DNA from: Lama glama
Lineage: Eukaryota
Assembly (NCBI GenBank): GCA_028534125.1
Contig: CM052837.1
Coordinates: forward strand, 2,170,001 to 2,234,000
Length of the DNA stretch: 64,000 nt
Reading direction: 5' to 3'
Numbering within the stretch: the first letter of the stretch is position 1; each line of letters opens with the position of its first letter. Positions 27,313-39,659 of this stretch are shown here, one piece after another. The translations under genes and the position numbers were made by a program. The notes beneath the pieces are model-generated. The model was not told the origin of the DNA, did not search any database, and saw only the letters and a program-made list of their open reading frames with translations.

Positions 27313-28283
27313 GAGACTGTCTTAAAACAAGTCCTCCCAGATGTCTCCTCCTCGCCCTCTTGGACAGATGAGAGAAGGGGTAAAAGTATCTTAACACCCT
27401 GGATAGTGCGTAACATTCATGGTCAACGCGATGTGCTCCCTGCTGCACCATCTGAAAATCACAGATTCTGAAAATCACAGAGGTGTCGCTCCAACAAAGC
27501 TAGTGCTCATTCTGCTGAAAATGAAGACCAGCAGGCTCTGTCCTTTTTCTGTCTCATCCTTGGCATTATATAAAACCACGAAAGTTGTCTACCGACAGCG
27601 CTGCAAATACCTATTTCTGAGACGTTATTTCACATAATCTTACTCCCACAGATCAAACATTGGAAAAGCATAACAACATGCTCAGCAAGTCCCATTTCTA
27701 GCTCCATTTCAAACGTATTTGACTTGCTCAGAACCCATCTCAGAAAAGGGGATTGGGACATTGACCCCAATGCAAATATTCCTATATATTTAACTTGAGC
27801 AAATTTTTAAAAAAAATCTATCAAAAAATCACTGATTTGTCAGAGCTCTAAGACCTTGAATGTCAGGCAGAACTTTACTGCGTTAAAGGTCACCGACGTG
27901 CCTCCACCTCTGGTTCCTGAGACAGACATGGTATTCGGAATATGCTGATGCGATCTGGACAACTGGAAAATATTCGCCAAGTGTTAACCATGGCCTAGCC
28001 AATGGCTGCTGCAGAAAGACGCAGCTACGTCGCACCGCCTGACCTCGGTGACAAAGCCCGAGAGAGAGGAGGACCCCAGAAGGAAGCCCAGCAGCCCAGC
28101 AGCCCAGCCAAGGGAGAAGGTCTCCGCTCCGTGGAAGCTGAGTTAATTTCTTTGCTGAGATGGCCAGAAGGTTCCGAGCCACCCTGACGCCCCCACCTCT
28201 TTCCTAAACCCTGACCCTGGTCTTGCATCCACTGTCTCTACAACACAGCAAGGGGAAACCGGGAGGGAAAAGGAGGGACTTAC

Positions 28284-28309
28284 CAGGAAACTTGTTCATC
28301 ATAAATGAA
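28284..28309 (-). CDS. SLC24A3: SLC24A3 26-nt microexon (probably exon 8), FIYDEQVS(W)
   Basis: Minus strand reads tttttcacag|TTCATTTATGATGAACAAGTTTCCTG|gtaagt. It supplies the phase 0->2 bridge required between the flanking exons. Confidence 0.93.
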
Positions 28310-30816
28310 CTGTGAAAAAAATCAAAAGGAGAGAAGATTAGATACACACATGCACACACACGCTTTACAAACGCATGTTATCCGCCCTTGCTGCTGGCTG
28401 GGGGGAACTGGGGCTGGGCTGGGCTGGAGGATGCAGCACTGGTGGGCACGAGACGAGAGCATCATGCCATCCCGTCCCTCCTGCGTTTTCTCTCCAAGGG
28501 CGGAGTGAGTGGGAAGCCCCTCCAGCCTGGCTCAGTACAGCCAGACGCGCTGCAGGACTTCAGCTCTGCAAGGGGACGGATGCAGGAGCTGCTGGGTGCT
28601 CCCAAACACTCGCCCCTTCTGGGCCACCTGTAAGCTGTCTGCACATCTCTGCGTGTCGTATGGCACCTTCACGCTTTTATGGAGGCACTTGGACTTCCGT
28701 GGACTCCATCTTTTTCTTTCGGTCAACCTATTCTTTTGTTTCCTTAAAAGATTTTATTTTTTAAAGAAAATTTCGCATCGCTACCAGAGGTGGAGAGTCA
28801 GCACCACTTGGCAACACGTGGAGAGAGGAAAAACACTCAATGCAGTAACAGTGAAAACCCTGGCTGGACACTGTTGGTGCCGGTGTCCTTAGCCACAGGC
28901 CTGCCCTTTTGTGAGAGGGGATTAGTGAGGATAGGAAGCCATGGAAGACATGCAAGTGCCAGACAGAGACCTCCCCCGATTGGTTAGGATCACACAGCAG
29001 GACTGGATTTATTTAAGCCCTCGTCCATAACGCATCTAAAATTGCTCCTCATTTTGGTGGAAAAAGTGGTAGAATCCTAGCCCTTTGATTTATACAGGGA
29101 GTGGAGCCACAGAGAATAGGAGGAATTTTCCTGGCGTTGCTCCATCTGCTGCAGAGTTGGTCCTAGAACCCAGCCCTGGCTCTTAATTTCACGTTTTTCC
29201 GTGACACCCTTATGTGCCCAGATGGCATGATGCTGACACAAGACGAACGCCCCCAGACTTCATCCAAGCAGATTCACAGTTCCTCCTTTGCACACTCACA
29301 GGACACCACTGATTTGAGTGCCATCACCTCCGAGTGGCCTTCCAGCAGGGGCAGTGGCCCTCAGGAGATTCCAGGGCAGAACCCTCTGGGCATAGAGGGT
29401 GTCGACCACACAGAGATGGTAAACTCGGCTGACAACTCGGCATCACTTCAGCAACCAGCGATTCTAACCACCGCCAGTAGTGGGAGACACAGAGAAAACC
29501 TCAAAGACCAGCAGGTACGGCTCAACAGGCACATGAAAGGAACCCCCTCCAATTATCCCAGAGAAGCACAGAGAAGGATGGGGAGAAACAGGCCACCCTC
29601 ATTCGTAACTTGCTCTTCCCAACAAGATGCTGGAAAAGACACCGGCTTCATCAGTTTGTCGTGCTGTTGCGCGTCATTATCGGATCCAGCAGGCCGACAT
29701 TTGGGTAAGAATGTCAAAGCAGAGCGGGAAGAGAAACAGAAGCAAAGGGATCCACCCCGTGGTCCTGGCTGGACGGTATGAAGTCCACTCCCCAGGGAGG
29801 CGCGCATTCACAGTCACCTGTATATAATCACTGGCTTTCAAAAAGTCCAAGGAATCAGGGAACAGAACAAATGATTTAAGTTGGAAAATGTTTTCTATTA
29901 ATTGAACTTAATTCAATATCGGCCCTGGACAGCCGGCTGGAACAATCAATTTGTAGCCACTTACGAGCACAAGATACTGGTGAAGAGTTTATCAGGGGAC
30001 CAACCTAATTTCCGTCTACGGGGAAGGCAGCCGATACTCTGTGAAGTGAAAGCAGCGTTGAGGAAGCCTTATTCTGTACCATCTAGTTGACAGGTGGGGG
30101 CGGAGATCCGTATGTCTCAGCTGTTGATTTTTGTCTCAATGATCGAATCAGTGAAAAAAAAATCAGAATGGGCTTAATTGTGCAAAAGATTCCAAAGTGA
30201 GGACAGAATTTACAGGGAACACAATAAATCAGAAATAGTGGGGCACGCCTGGACGAGACTGGACTTGACACACGATTAAGGACAGAGCCCGGAGCCTGAC
30301 GTCAAGGTGATGGCTGTGGCCCGGGGTGTTGGAGGTGGGGGTGTGGTTCGGGGAGGCAGTCGGGGAGCGAGAAATGCAGGCATCTATGCAAGTACCAGCG
30401 AACGGGCGATGGGAACCTCCGAACCCCAGGGGCAGTGATGCCGGCCACTGAGCACCCGGAGCCCCGACGACCTCGTGGCCCAGGAGCGATCGCGGTCTGG
30501 GTTGTACCCCACTACTCCAAGAGGGTTGGGTGGGAATACGAGGCGTCAAAAAAGAAAAATAAAATGGATAAAAGGGCTGGAAATCAGGCCTTTAAGAAAA
30601 CCTAAGCGGAAAGAGGCGTGTTGGTGGAGAGAAAGGCGGCGGAGGGTGAGCTACGACCTCCGGCCGGTGTCTGGTGGAGCCTGGAGGAGGCCGACCCGCG
30701 GACGGACACAACTCAGCACTGAGACGGGGGAGCTGCCCTGCCCACAGCGTTCCTTCCGGAGGGCACGTCACCGGACCATCCCGACGGGGCCCGGGCCCGC
30801 CGTGTCTGCCAAGGTC

Positions 30817-31652
30817 GGCGCAGGCAAAGGTCGCTCTGGATGAACCACGTGTGGGTCAGAGAGCAGCCCCCACCAGCGTGTGCAGCAGACGGCTCACCGG
30901 GTGTCGCTGATGGCTGCAGGGAGCGGACTTCTTGTTCCTTACACATTTTACTTTATTTAGTTCTCTTAAGACAAGTGCTTCATGTTCCTCTGTATTTCCA
31001 CGCTCTTTCTGGGAGTAAAAGAAGACATCTTCCGCCACCCACGAGGGCGGGGTGACTGGGGCGGAAGAAAATCATTCGCGCACCTGAAACAAGAAACCGC
31101 GCCCCCAGTTCCAGCCGGCCCCCACTAGGTGGCGCTCGCGTCCCAGCCCCGCGCCCGGCGGCGCTGCCCAGGCAGGCAGGTCAGGGAGGTCGACATGAAG
31201 TCGGACCAGGTCCCCTTCGTAGCTCCATTAAATCTCCTGGAAGGAGGGCAAGCACCTCAAGACAGACAGCCTCCCGCGGGCGCCTGCAGCCAGCCCACGG
31301 CTGTCACGGGGCGAGATGGCGGTCTGGAGGCGGCTCCTGCCCGGCGTCTTGAGATGGGGACGGGTGGGTCCCTCCTCTTACTCCAACACACAGTCTCCAG
31401 TCCAGGGACCTGCCTAGTCGCCTTCCGAGCTGACCCACCCTTTTCCCAGGAGGGATTTTGAAAATGAGCCTCGGGAAGGCAGCTCTCTGTGCTCCACTGG
31501 CTGTCTGGGGCCAGGCCCACAATCGCTCCAGGACACTGTGGGGCTGGCTGGCACTGATTATCTGGACCCCCATTTGCTGCACACGCTGGTTGGGGGAGGG
31601 GGCTGCTCTCTGGCCCACACGTGGTTCATCCAGAGCGACCTTTGCCTTCGCC
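30817..31652. repeat. Inverted repeat pair (30817-30892 and 31570-31652) with 677-bp spacer
   Basis: By hand alignment, 72 of 76 aligned bases are reverse-complementary, plus one 7-nt indel. Confidence 0.95.
31106..31137 (+). promoter_or_regulatory. Predicted CTCF site with upstream motif
   Basis: CCACTAGGTGGCGC (31122-31135) fits CCASYAGRKGGCRS exactly; CAGTTCC lies 9 nt upstream; CpG-rich context. Confidence 0.7.
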
Positions 31653-33319
31653 CTAAGCTTTCCACCTGTTCTGCAGATGTGCTAAATGGGAACACACAGG
31701 CGTGAATCTGAAAAAACACTCTCTTCCTCCAGGCCTGGGAGAACCGGTTGGGTACCATGGAAACCAGCTTTGCAGTGCTGGAGTCTGCTCCAGAATTCAT
31801 CTGAGAGGGACAGGCAGGTGAATCCCTGGATGGCATCCCAGGGGCCTGCCCGGGCAGCGGCCCACTCACGATGGAGCAGCAGCGGGACGACAGGCAGGGA
31901 TCACCCAGGTGAGGGGGCAGGAGGGGAGAGGCTGGGCTGGCAGGCCCTGGGTTGGCTGACCAGGAGTGCAGGGCGGCCGCCTTGCAGAAGCGAAGACCTT
32001 GTAACCTGGACCGTGATCACTGGCACCGTCGGCATTCTGAGCAGTGAAAGTAATAGTAAAAAAGCACATCTTCTCCCCTTTGCTGGGAAGGGACGCAGCC
32101 CCTTGGACACTTCTCACCCCAGAGCGTGGAGATGCCCTCAGGAGATGCGCCCACATGGAGGCCTGACTTCCTTAGCTTTGGGGACCGAGGGTGCAGGGTG
32201 GTCTAGCTGAGGCCACGGGGATACCCTTTGAGGAATCAGACAGAATACACTGGAAAACGGCTGTCAGGCACAGATACGGTTTCCCCGTGAAGGGTACACA
32301 GGAACTCCGGTATTAGGATTCCTGCTGGGCCCAGCTGGCGGTGACGGGGCTGCAGGAGGGTAGCGGTCGAGAGGATCTGGAGACCGGGCCTGAGCAGAGC
32401 TGGGCATCCGCCAGACACAGGCAGGGCAGGCCACAGGAGGAGGGAAGCGGCCAGAGGACGGAGTTAGGATGCAGGAGATGATGGTTTTCAACCGATGGCC
32501 ACGTTTGCTGAGCAGTGCAGAAACAGACTCATAACTGAAACGTCCAAGCTGCTGCCCTCGGGAAAGGGAGACGCTCCTCTGAGCATCCTGCAGTCTGGCC
32601 AACCAACTCCCGGGTCCGGGAGCAAACGCACGATGCCCCGGCTCCTTCCCTCTCCCGGCACCACTGATGGAAGTCCTTCCTCCTCTCAGTGGCAGGGATT
32701 TCTGAGCAGGTGACCCTTTGTACGCCCACAGGTGGTTTGTTTAAGGAACTTGAACATCCTTGCCTGTGAGAATCTTTCGGCTGCCGGACTCATTCCCACT
32801 TGGCCGCTTGGCCGGGGGAGCTGAGATGTAATTATGATCGTCAGGGCCTTGGGATCACTAAACTGGAGAGAGAGGAGGGGGTCGGACTGGAGGGGGCTGT
32901 GGAGCCGGGGTAGGGGTGGGGAGCTGAAGGACAGTCATCAGCATGAGCTGAAGGCATTTTCCTCTCACAGAAAGGGTGAGAGAAGACTTTGCATCATCTT
33001 AACGAAAGGACTCCAGGAGTGGGGAGGCAGACGCTCAGTCTAAGGACGTAAAGTAAGTGCTCCAGACACCCCAGTGGTGTTGGATTGCGTGGTGGGTGAG
33101 GTAAAATCAGACTGCACGAGGCAGACTGTGTTGGAGGGAAAATCCGAATTCTTTGCAGGGGTGATGTGACCGTACATCATATTCACCCGCTCTGGTAAAT
33201 CTGAGGTATCGTAGCTCCCTCACCTTGGGCAAATCCCTGAATTCCTACAGCCTCGGTTTTGCCACCTGTAAAATGGGACTCACGTAACTGCTAGCTTGCA
33301 GAGTTGTATTTTTCCCCCT

Positions 33320-33490
33320 TTTTTTAAAATTTATTTTTTATGTTTTGATTGGAGTAGAGTTGATTTACAATGTCATGTTGGTTTCTGGTGTACAGCACAG
33401 TGATTCAGTTATATATACATATGTTCCTTTTCCTATTCTTTTTCATAATAGGCTATTGCCAGATACCGAAAATAGTTCCCCGTGCAGTTG
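33320..33490 (-). mobile_element. Short LINE-1 3' terminal fragment
   Basis: Reverse complement of the same 3' UTR (gttgatttacaatg...ctggtgtacagcacagtgattcag). Confidence 0.82.
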
Positions 33491-36400
33491 TGAGTACTGA
33501 ACTAGAACATCTTCGTCCACAGACTCAGCAGGGCACTCAGTCCCACGGGAAGCAGGCGGCCTATGCTTGTTGGAGCCAGCGCGTGCCTGGGAGGAAGCAG
33601 GTTTTGTTTTGCTGGAAGGATCTGCTCTCCACAGCTGCGCTATCCAAGGTGGTAGGCACGAGCTGTCCAAGATGGCTACGTACAACTGAATTAATTAAAG
33701 ATTCAGTTCCTCGGTCTCACTAGCGGCATTTCAGGAGTGTGCCCTGGGGCTGCAGGACGGAACAGCGCCGCTCGGGCCGCCTCCGGTGGCCGGGTCGGCT
33801 GACTTGTGCCTCCTTGTCCGCACGGAGTCCCCTTCAGAGTGGGGGACCGCAGGGAGCAGAGGGGGCGTCACCTCAGATGAGCCCCGATGCCTGCCAGCAC
33901 CCAGGTTGCCTGGAGGGGCCCCCAGCTGGTGCCTTCTCCAGGTGGCCAGCACTCCCCAGGCTAGGTCCGTGATCCCTCTGAGTGACCTGGAACCTGCCTC
34001 AGAAGCCTGTCCACTCCCCCTGGAAGTTTCCCTTCTCTTGATGCTCATAATCCCGGATCTCAAAGCAGAGCTGAAGGGTAAAAATAAAGTATTCCTTTTA
34101 GGGCAGCTGTGAGATTGACGATATAATGAATCATTTGCATTTATGTAAATTATGTGATTATGTAAATTACAGTAACATTTCCATAACAGAGGCTGCCTGG
34201 GCCTGCCGGAATTTGGAGAAAGAAGAAGGTGGGGAGGCCTGAGCTGCCCATCCTCATCCTCAGCTGGGGGTGGGTGGTCTGTAAGGCTCGCAGACTATCC
34301 ACGGGTAGGGGCTCACAGGACATGCTCCGAAGAGCCCAGAGTGCTAGCGGGACCTAAACGGTGACACCTGTCGTGCAGAGGGAGACCCACATCGTGGGGG
34401 AGCCTCCTGGGCCACGTCCAGCTTCTCTGGGCTTGATGCTTCGCTGTAGAGAATGTCACCAGGGGTAAAGGGGGGACACCTGACGGGGAGGCGAAAAGGC
34501 ACCAAACATGCTGTATGTTTCTGAAACCATGACTGCTTTAGACAAGAGCACATTCTTATTTCCTTCTGCTCCCTCTTTAAAAACAACAACAAACTAGAAA
34601 ACAGCAGAGAGCAAAGGTTAGGTGGATTCCTGATGCTGACGTGGCATGAACTGAGTCCCTTGTCTCTAAGTTAGCTGTTTGAAGCTCTGTTGGTTTCAGG
34701 ATGTGCGCGCTGGTCTGACTCCTGTGGTTTGGCTTCTTGGCCTGTCCCTCTGCATCAGCTGTTTTGGAATCTGGGTAGTAATGACCCTCTGAGCACTCCC
34801 CTGGCCCAGCGGCCCTTCAGCATCCCGGGAGAAGTCATCTTCCCTGCTCTTTGGATCCCCAGCCCTCACAGATTGTCCTCAGGGCTCCTCTGCGTGGGTC
34901 TGAAGGGCCTCTCGCTGGGATGTACATGGAAGTGGCATCTGGTCCCACTCAGTCCAGACGTGCCCTCCAGGTGAATGAGTGCTTCATTCCATCACCTTGG
35001 GGGACCTGCAAGTCCATCTTCTGAACATTTCAGAACCATACAAAAGGGGAGAGGGTGAAAAAAAAACCCTAATAGTTAAAATAAATGACTGGAATGGTTG
35101 GTAATTATCTGTGGGTAGGAGGAGAGCTTTTAAATACAGGACTTTCCAGTGCCCATTGCCGGGTCTGATGGAGAAGCTTCGTGTTATGGAAGGAAAACCT
35201 GAAGAAAAGTGCTTCTGTTACCATAGAAACAGAAAGAGGAGACTAGGAAACCTTGACAAAAAGATTCAGCGTGTGGAGCGGCGGCCTGGGGCTGGCACTG
35301 GGGCAGATTTGGGGAAACCGAGAAACCCCTGTGCTAAGTGCTGCTCTTCTGGACACAAGGCTGCTTTGCTCCTCACACCATTTTTAAGTCTCAGGTGGAG
35401 ATGACCCCAAAAACTAACAGCTGTCAGAAATCCAGACAACCAAGCCACCACCATGCTCCACCTTGGCAATTCCCAAAATTTACCCTGGAGACGATCATTG
35501 CCACGCAGCAGACGAACATCATGTCCAACCATATTTGAGATTGTGTTTCTCCAAGTGTGGTGGGTGCCGCTGGCATCAGATTCACAAATGAGGATCTTGG
35601 TTAAGGTGAAAGTTTCCTGGGTCCAACCCCCGAACCTACTGAATTAAAATCTCTGGGTTGTGTATTTCCAGTAAGCATGCTGGGCGTTTCCAGGGCATGC
35701 TGAATTTGGAGGAACTTCAGTTAAAGTAAAAAGGATCAAGACTAAACCCTGAGGTCTCAGATTTTATCTTTTCCATTACTTCCTAACAGTGGAGAAATGT
35801 AATTTTTCTCAAGATCCTAAAACTCCAGCCCTGACGCCGGGTCTGTAAAGACTCTGTCCAACCTCTAGGTCACAGCAAAGAATCACTTGCTTTTACACTC
35901 TGTTGCTGTCGGAGCCGCTGGCGTCCCATGTGCAGCTGGCTCAGCTCTGATTCATCCACAGCAGACAGGTTGCTCTGCCCAAAATCCCTGCGCGGGTGAG
36001 CATCACCCACAGCCAGAGGAAGCAAAATCGCTTTACTATTTCACACGTCATTAGCAGCATCACACTTGTTCTATCTCAAACATGTCCAGATAAATTTGAC
36101 AGAAGACAGGCTATTTCACACACAGTCCAGGAAGCAACTATGTGAAAACAGAGTGAAGCCAACGCCGGCAGTTCTGCCACTGGGCGTGGATGTCTCTGAG
36201 TTTATGCTCCTGGGGAGGCCTTGGACTGTGCTGTTCTGTCTCATCACCTCGCCTCTAGCAGGGCAGGCATGTTTTTGAACTTCAGCAAAGTGCAGAGCTC
36301 TGTTCAATTACACCACCCCCTAAGATGTCTCTTGAAAAAAGTAACTTTCAAGAATCATCCTAAAATACCCCAAAGGCAGAAGAGCAGAGCGCACGTGATG

Positions 36401-37879
36401 TGCGTGGGCTTGGACGTCACAGGACAAAGCTCCTGCAGAGTGTGCTTGGGCAGTCTGGGCGGGGTGAAGGCGGGCTTCTAGATTTGGGGTGATCACACCT
36501 TTTCCACAGGTACAAGAACACAGAGTCCCTGTGTGTCCCTAAGTCTGCTGATCGGGAGTTCAACAGGCACACAAGCGTCTTCATTCCAGTGTGATCATTG
36601 GAGCCCTCCTGTTCCTGGGGGCTGGTCTTGACCCTGCAGGTCATCAGCTGCCCCTGGAGTGAGGAGGCTGTGGCTGTAAACCTAATTGACTGCAGACCTG
36701 CTGTTGACTGAAGGCCCCATCTGATTCCTTGGGGAAGGCCTAGTGTTAAACATCACTGTTGGTTCATCTGTATAGAGAGTTACAATTAAAGAATCTACAG
36801 GTGGTGCTCTGTGCACAGTCGGCCCTTCAGCGGATCTATTCCTGTTCTGTAGGTGAGAAAACTGAGGCCCATAGAGACTGATTCCCCCAAGGTCATTAGG
36901 GCCGATCAGGGGGGAGGGGGCCAGAGGAGGAGTCAGAGCTGCTGACACCCACGTCTGTGTCCTTCTGACTTGCTGTCCTCCTTCTCCTGGACGGCTCCCC
37001 TTGCCAAGCTGAGGGGTTTGGGTTTGTCCCCACAGGTGACATGGAGCCACTGGGCATTTAAACCAAAGACGGGCATTTGCAAGTATTCTTTGTAGAGATG
37101 CCACTGGGGTGGCTCTGAGGACCGACTGGGGCTGGAGAAGAAGTGGGTGGGCGGCTGGGAGGTTACTTGTTGCAACATTATCCTACAGGGAGCTTGGTCA
37201 GTTCAGGCCAGAGAGGCCGGAAACCTCAAGCAAAATGGGCTACGGTGGGCGGGACGCTGGGGAGGTTTTTCTAAAATGAAAACTCACAGGACAATTAAGC
37301 TGAGTGGGTGCGGTGGGAGTTGCGGGGAAGGTCAGTTTAACACACCCCTGGGTAGGGTGGGAATGGGAGCTAAAATACAGGAAGACAGCCCAGCCTTGGG
37401 GAAATCGTCCTGAGTGTAGAGACGCGTTGGGCTTGGGACGTGAAGCTGTCTGGTAGAAAGCTGCTTACCCACCACGGGCCTCAGGGATGCACTGCCAGGA
37501 ATGTGGTGAGGGTGAGGATGGCACCGGGCACTGTGGGTGGCCAGGGAGGCTGGAGACCGGGGGGTGGGGAGGGAATTCCCCACCCAGGGACACTGACGCC
37601 AAAGGGGGTTACCAAGGAGCCCGCGAGGAGAGGGAGGGGCGGGCTGGGGATCACAGGAGAACAGCAGGGCAGCTCGTGGAGCCCGGTGACCAGAGCCAGC
37701 CCCGGCTCAGAGCGCAGAGCACCAGGCTTGGGTCCTGGGTGATCAAAGCAGCTGGAAGAAAGAACAGCCGCCCCCACACACCTGCTCCGCCTGGAGAAGC
37801 CGCGCGCCACCCCGAGCGGGGGAGGGTGACTGGGAGGGAAAAGGCCTGGATCCTGGCGAGGTGCCCGCCACACACTTAC

Positions 37880-37954
37880 CACGATGAGCGCGACCACGGA
37901 CAGCGTGTAGTAAATCGAATCCCGCAGCAGGCACCAGGAGGAAAGAGCCACAAC
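37880..37954 (-). CDS. SLC24A3: SLC24A3 coding exon (probably exon 7), VVALSSWCLLRDSIYYTLSVVALIV
   Basis: 75 nt, phase 0-0; acceptor ...cttcccag, donor gtaagt. Confidence 0.96.
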
Positions 37955-38696
37955 CTGGGAAGAGGGGAGAGAAGGTGAGAAAAGGGGCAGCCTGGCAAAG
38001 GAGGCTCCCAGACACACAGCCTAGCGTTCCTCTCCATCCTGGACCCAGGCCTCTGCCGGCTGCCAGGGCTTTACTGAAGGTCTTTAGGGCTAATAGTCCA
38101 GAGCTCCTGAAAATCAGATGCCGCGATGGAACTGAATCTGCAGTGGCTTCACTGGGGGAGATGCCCAGGAGAGAGGACAGGGAGGGAGCCAGGGAAGGTG
38201 GGAGGGCTGCCCAGCCAGGACTGGGGTCTGACCCCTGGAGGAGAGGGAAGTCTGGGTGGACGGACAGACCAAGGCAGGTCCTGCAAGGCCGAGTCAAAGT
38301 CCCGCGTCTCCCAGGAACCTCAGCTCAGCATCCCTAACGCCAAGGGGACGGGAGGAGCCATCTCACCCTGTGTCCTTGTCAGCGCTCCACCCAGAGCCGG
38401 GCAGCTGCGGCCCTTCAGAAGGGGTGCAGAACAGCTGACCTGCTATCCCCACCCCCGGCCCTTTCTCTCGTCTCTGCTAAACGCCTGGCCCTGTGGACAC
38501 TTGACCCCTGGCTTAATCAGAATTTTTAAAATATTGTTTTGCATATTGATCTAGAGAAAATGTTATCTTAGCAGCGGGCAGATGTCCCTGTAAGACGTGG
38601 TGGCTCTGCTGAGACCAGTGGACACGCTGCTGGAGGCTAAGCGCCTTGACCCACTGTGTGCAGACTTCCTGCGGGAGAAGGAGGCCCCTGGTGCAC

Positions 38697-38830
38697 AGAG
38701 GAGGGGAGGGGCCGGGCCGGCGCTGTGGGAGGGGCGGGGCGTGGGGAGAGGAGGGGCGTGGTGGGGCGTGGCGAGGGGGCGGGGCAGGGCGGGGCAGGGC
38801 GTGGTGAGGGGCGGGGCGCCAACGCCGGGT
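38697..38830. promoter_or_regulatory. GC-box cluster and G-quadruplex-prone tract
   Basis: GGGGCGGGGC at 38731, 38776 and 38808; GGGGCGTGG at 38736, 38753 and 38763. Confidence 0.45.
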
Positions 38831-39659
38831 CAGGACCTCTGTTCTGGAGGAAGAGCCATTTCTCCTTAAGTCCTTCAGAGTCTCTTTGGCGGGAAACCCC
38901 GTGTTCTTCCTGAGCTTTGTGAGTGGGTCCGCTCTGGCAGACCCGCAGAAAGCAGCAGTGCCACGCGGGGGGCGCTTCCTGGGCGGGCAGGCACATCCCC
39001 CTCCCGCCTCCTGAGAAGAGTGCCGGCCCCCCCTCGGCCACAGGCCACCGACGTCTAGCTGCCTTTGCCCTCGGCCTCGGAAGCGGGGAAGGACGCTGCA
39101 AATGTCAGCTCTCAGCTGGGCTGGTGACAGCCACACGCTGCACCCAAGACAACAGGGAACCAGAGTCCAGGCAAAGGCAGCCCCCGGTGCCCCTCCCCCC
39201 GCCTGTCTGCAAGGGAAGGATCGGGCAGAGCCGAACCACAGAGGGCTTTCTGGATTCAACGAGCAGAAGAGACGCGACTTAAGCAGAACCGTCAGTGAAC
39301 AAGGAGGTCGGCCTCTCCCCACTCACGCCTTCTTCCGCTGCTGTGGGGGCACCGAGGTGTTTTCCTTATTAGGTTTCGTATTTGCAGATCTGGGTTGCAG
39401 ATGACGGGGATGTCCAGAAAAGGACTCGTGCCTCAAGACTCACATCAGGACTATAAGGCTCCCTCTACCCTTTATCAGGCTCCCCTTGCTCTGCCTGCTT
39501 TTAGAACGGGCGACCATCGCTCACCGTCCACGGAACAGAACGAAGTGGACCAGACTGCTCATTTTCCTTCAGGTCATAAAAGGCTGTGACTAAAATTTAT
39601 TAGAATTAGACAAGAGGACTTAGAGCATGTGGCAAATATCAATTCTGAATTTTCTTAAA

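Larger units (their letters stand above)
863..37954 (-). other. SLC24A3: SLC24A3 (NCKX3) partial gene: span of the nine coding exons seen; the gene extends beyond both window ends
   Basis: Exons of 75+26+54+134+161+268+167+115+113 = 1113 nt join in frame. The product contains the NCKX alpha-2 repeat ([13 protein letters not shown]...GSNVFDI) and the NCKX3-type loop (ANFHRKASVIMVDELLSAYPHQLSFSEAGLRIMIT). Confidence 0.97.

Noticed and set aside
30474-30505. Weak extra similarity to the reverse complement of ~31510-31540, possibly extending the inverted repeat
   Set aside because: Too short and gapped to support without an alignment.
38513-39322. 269-aa minus-strand ORF, and similar long ORFs at 10022, 10954, 21268, 45736 and 47445
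   Set aside because: Pro/Arg/Gly-rich translations of GC-rich intron, mostly non-ATG starts, no recognisable domain.
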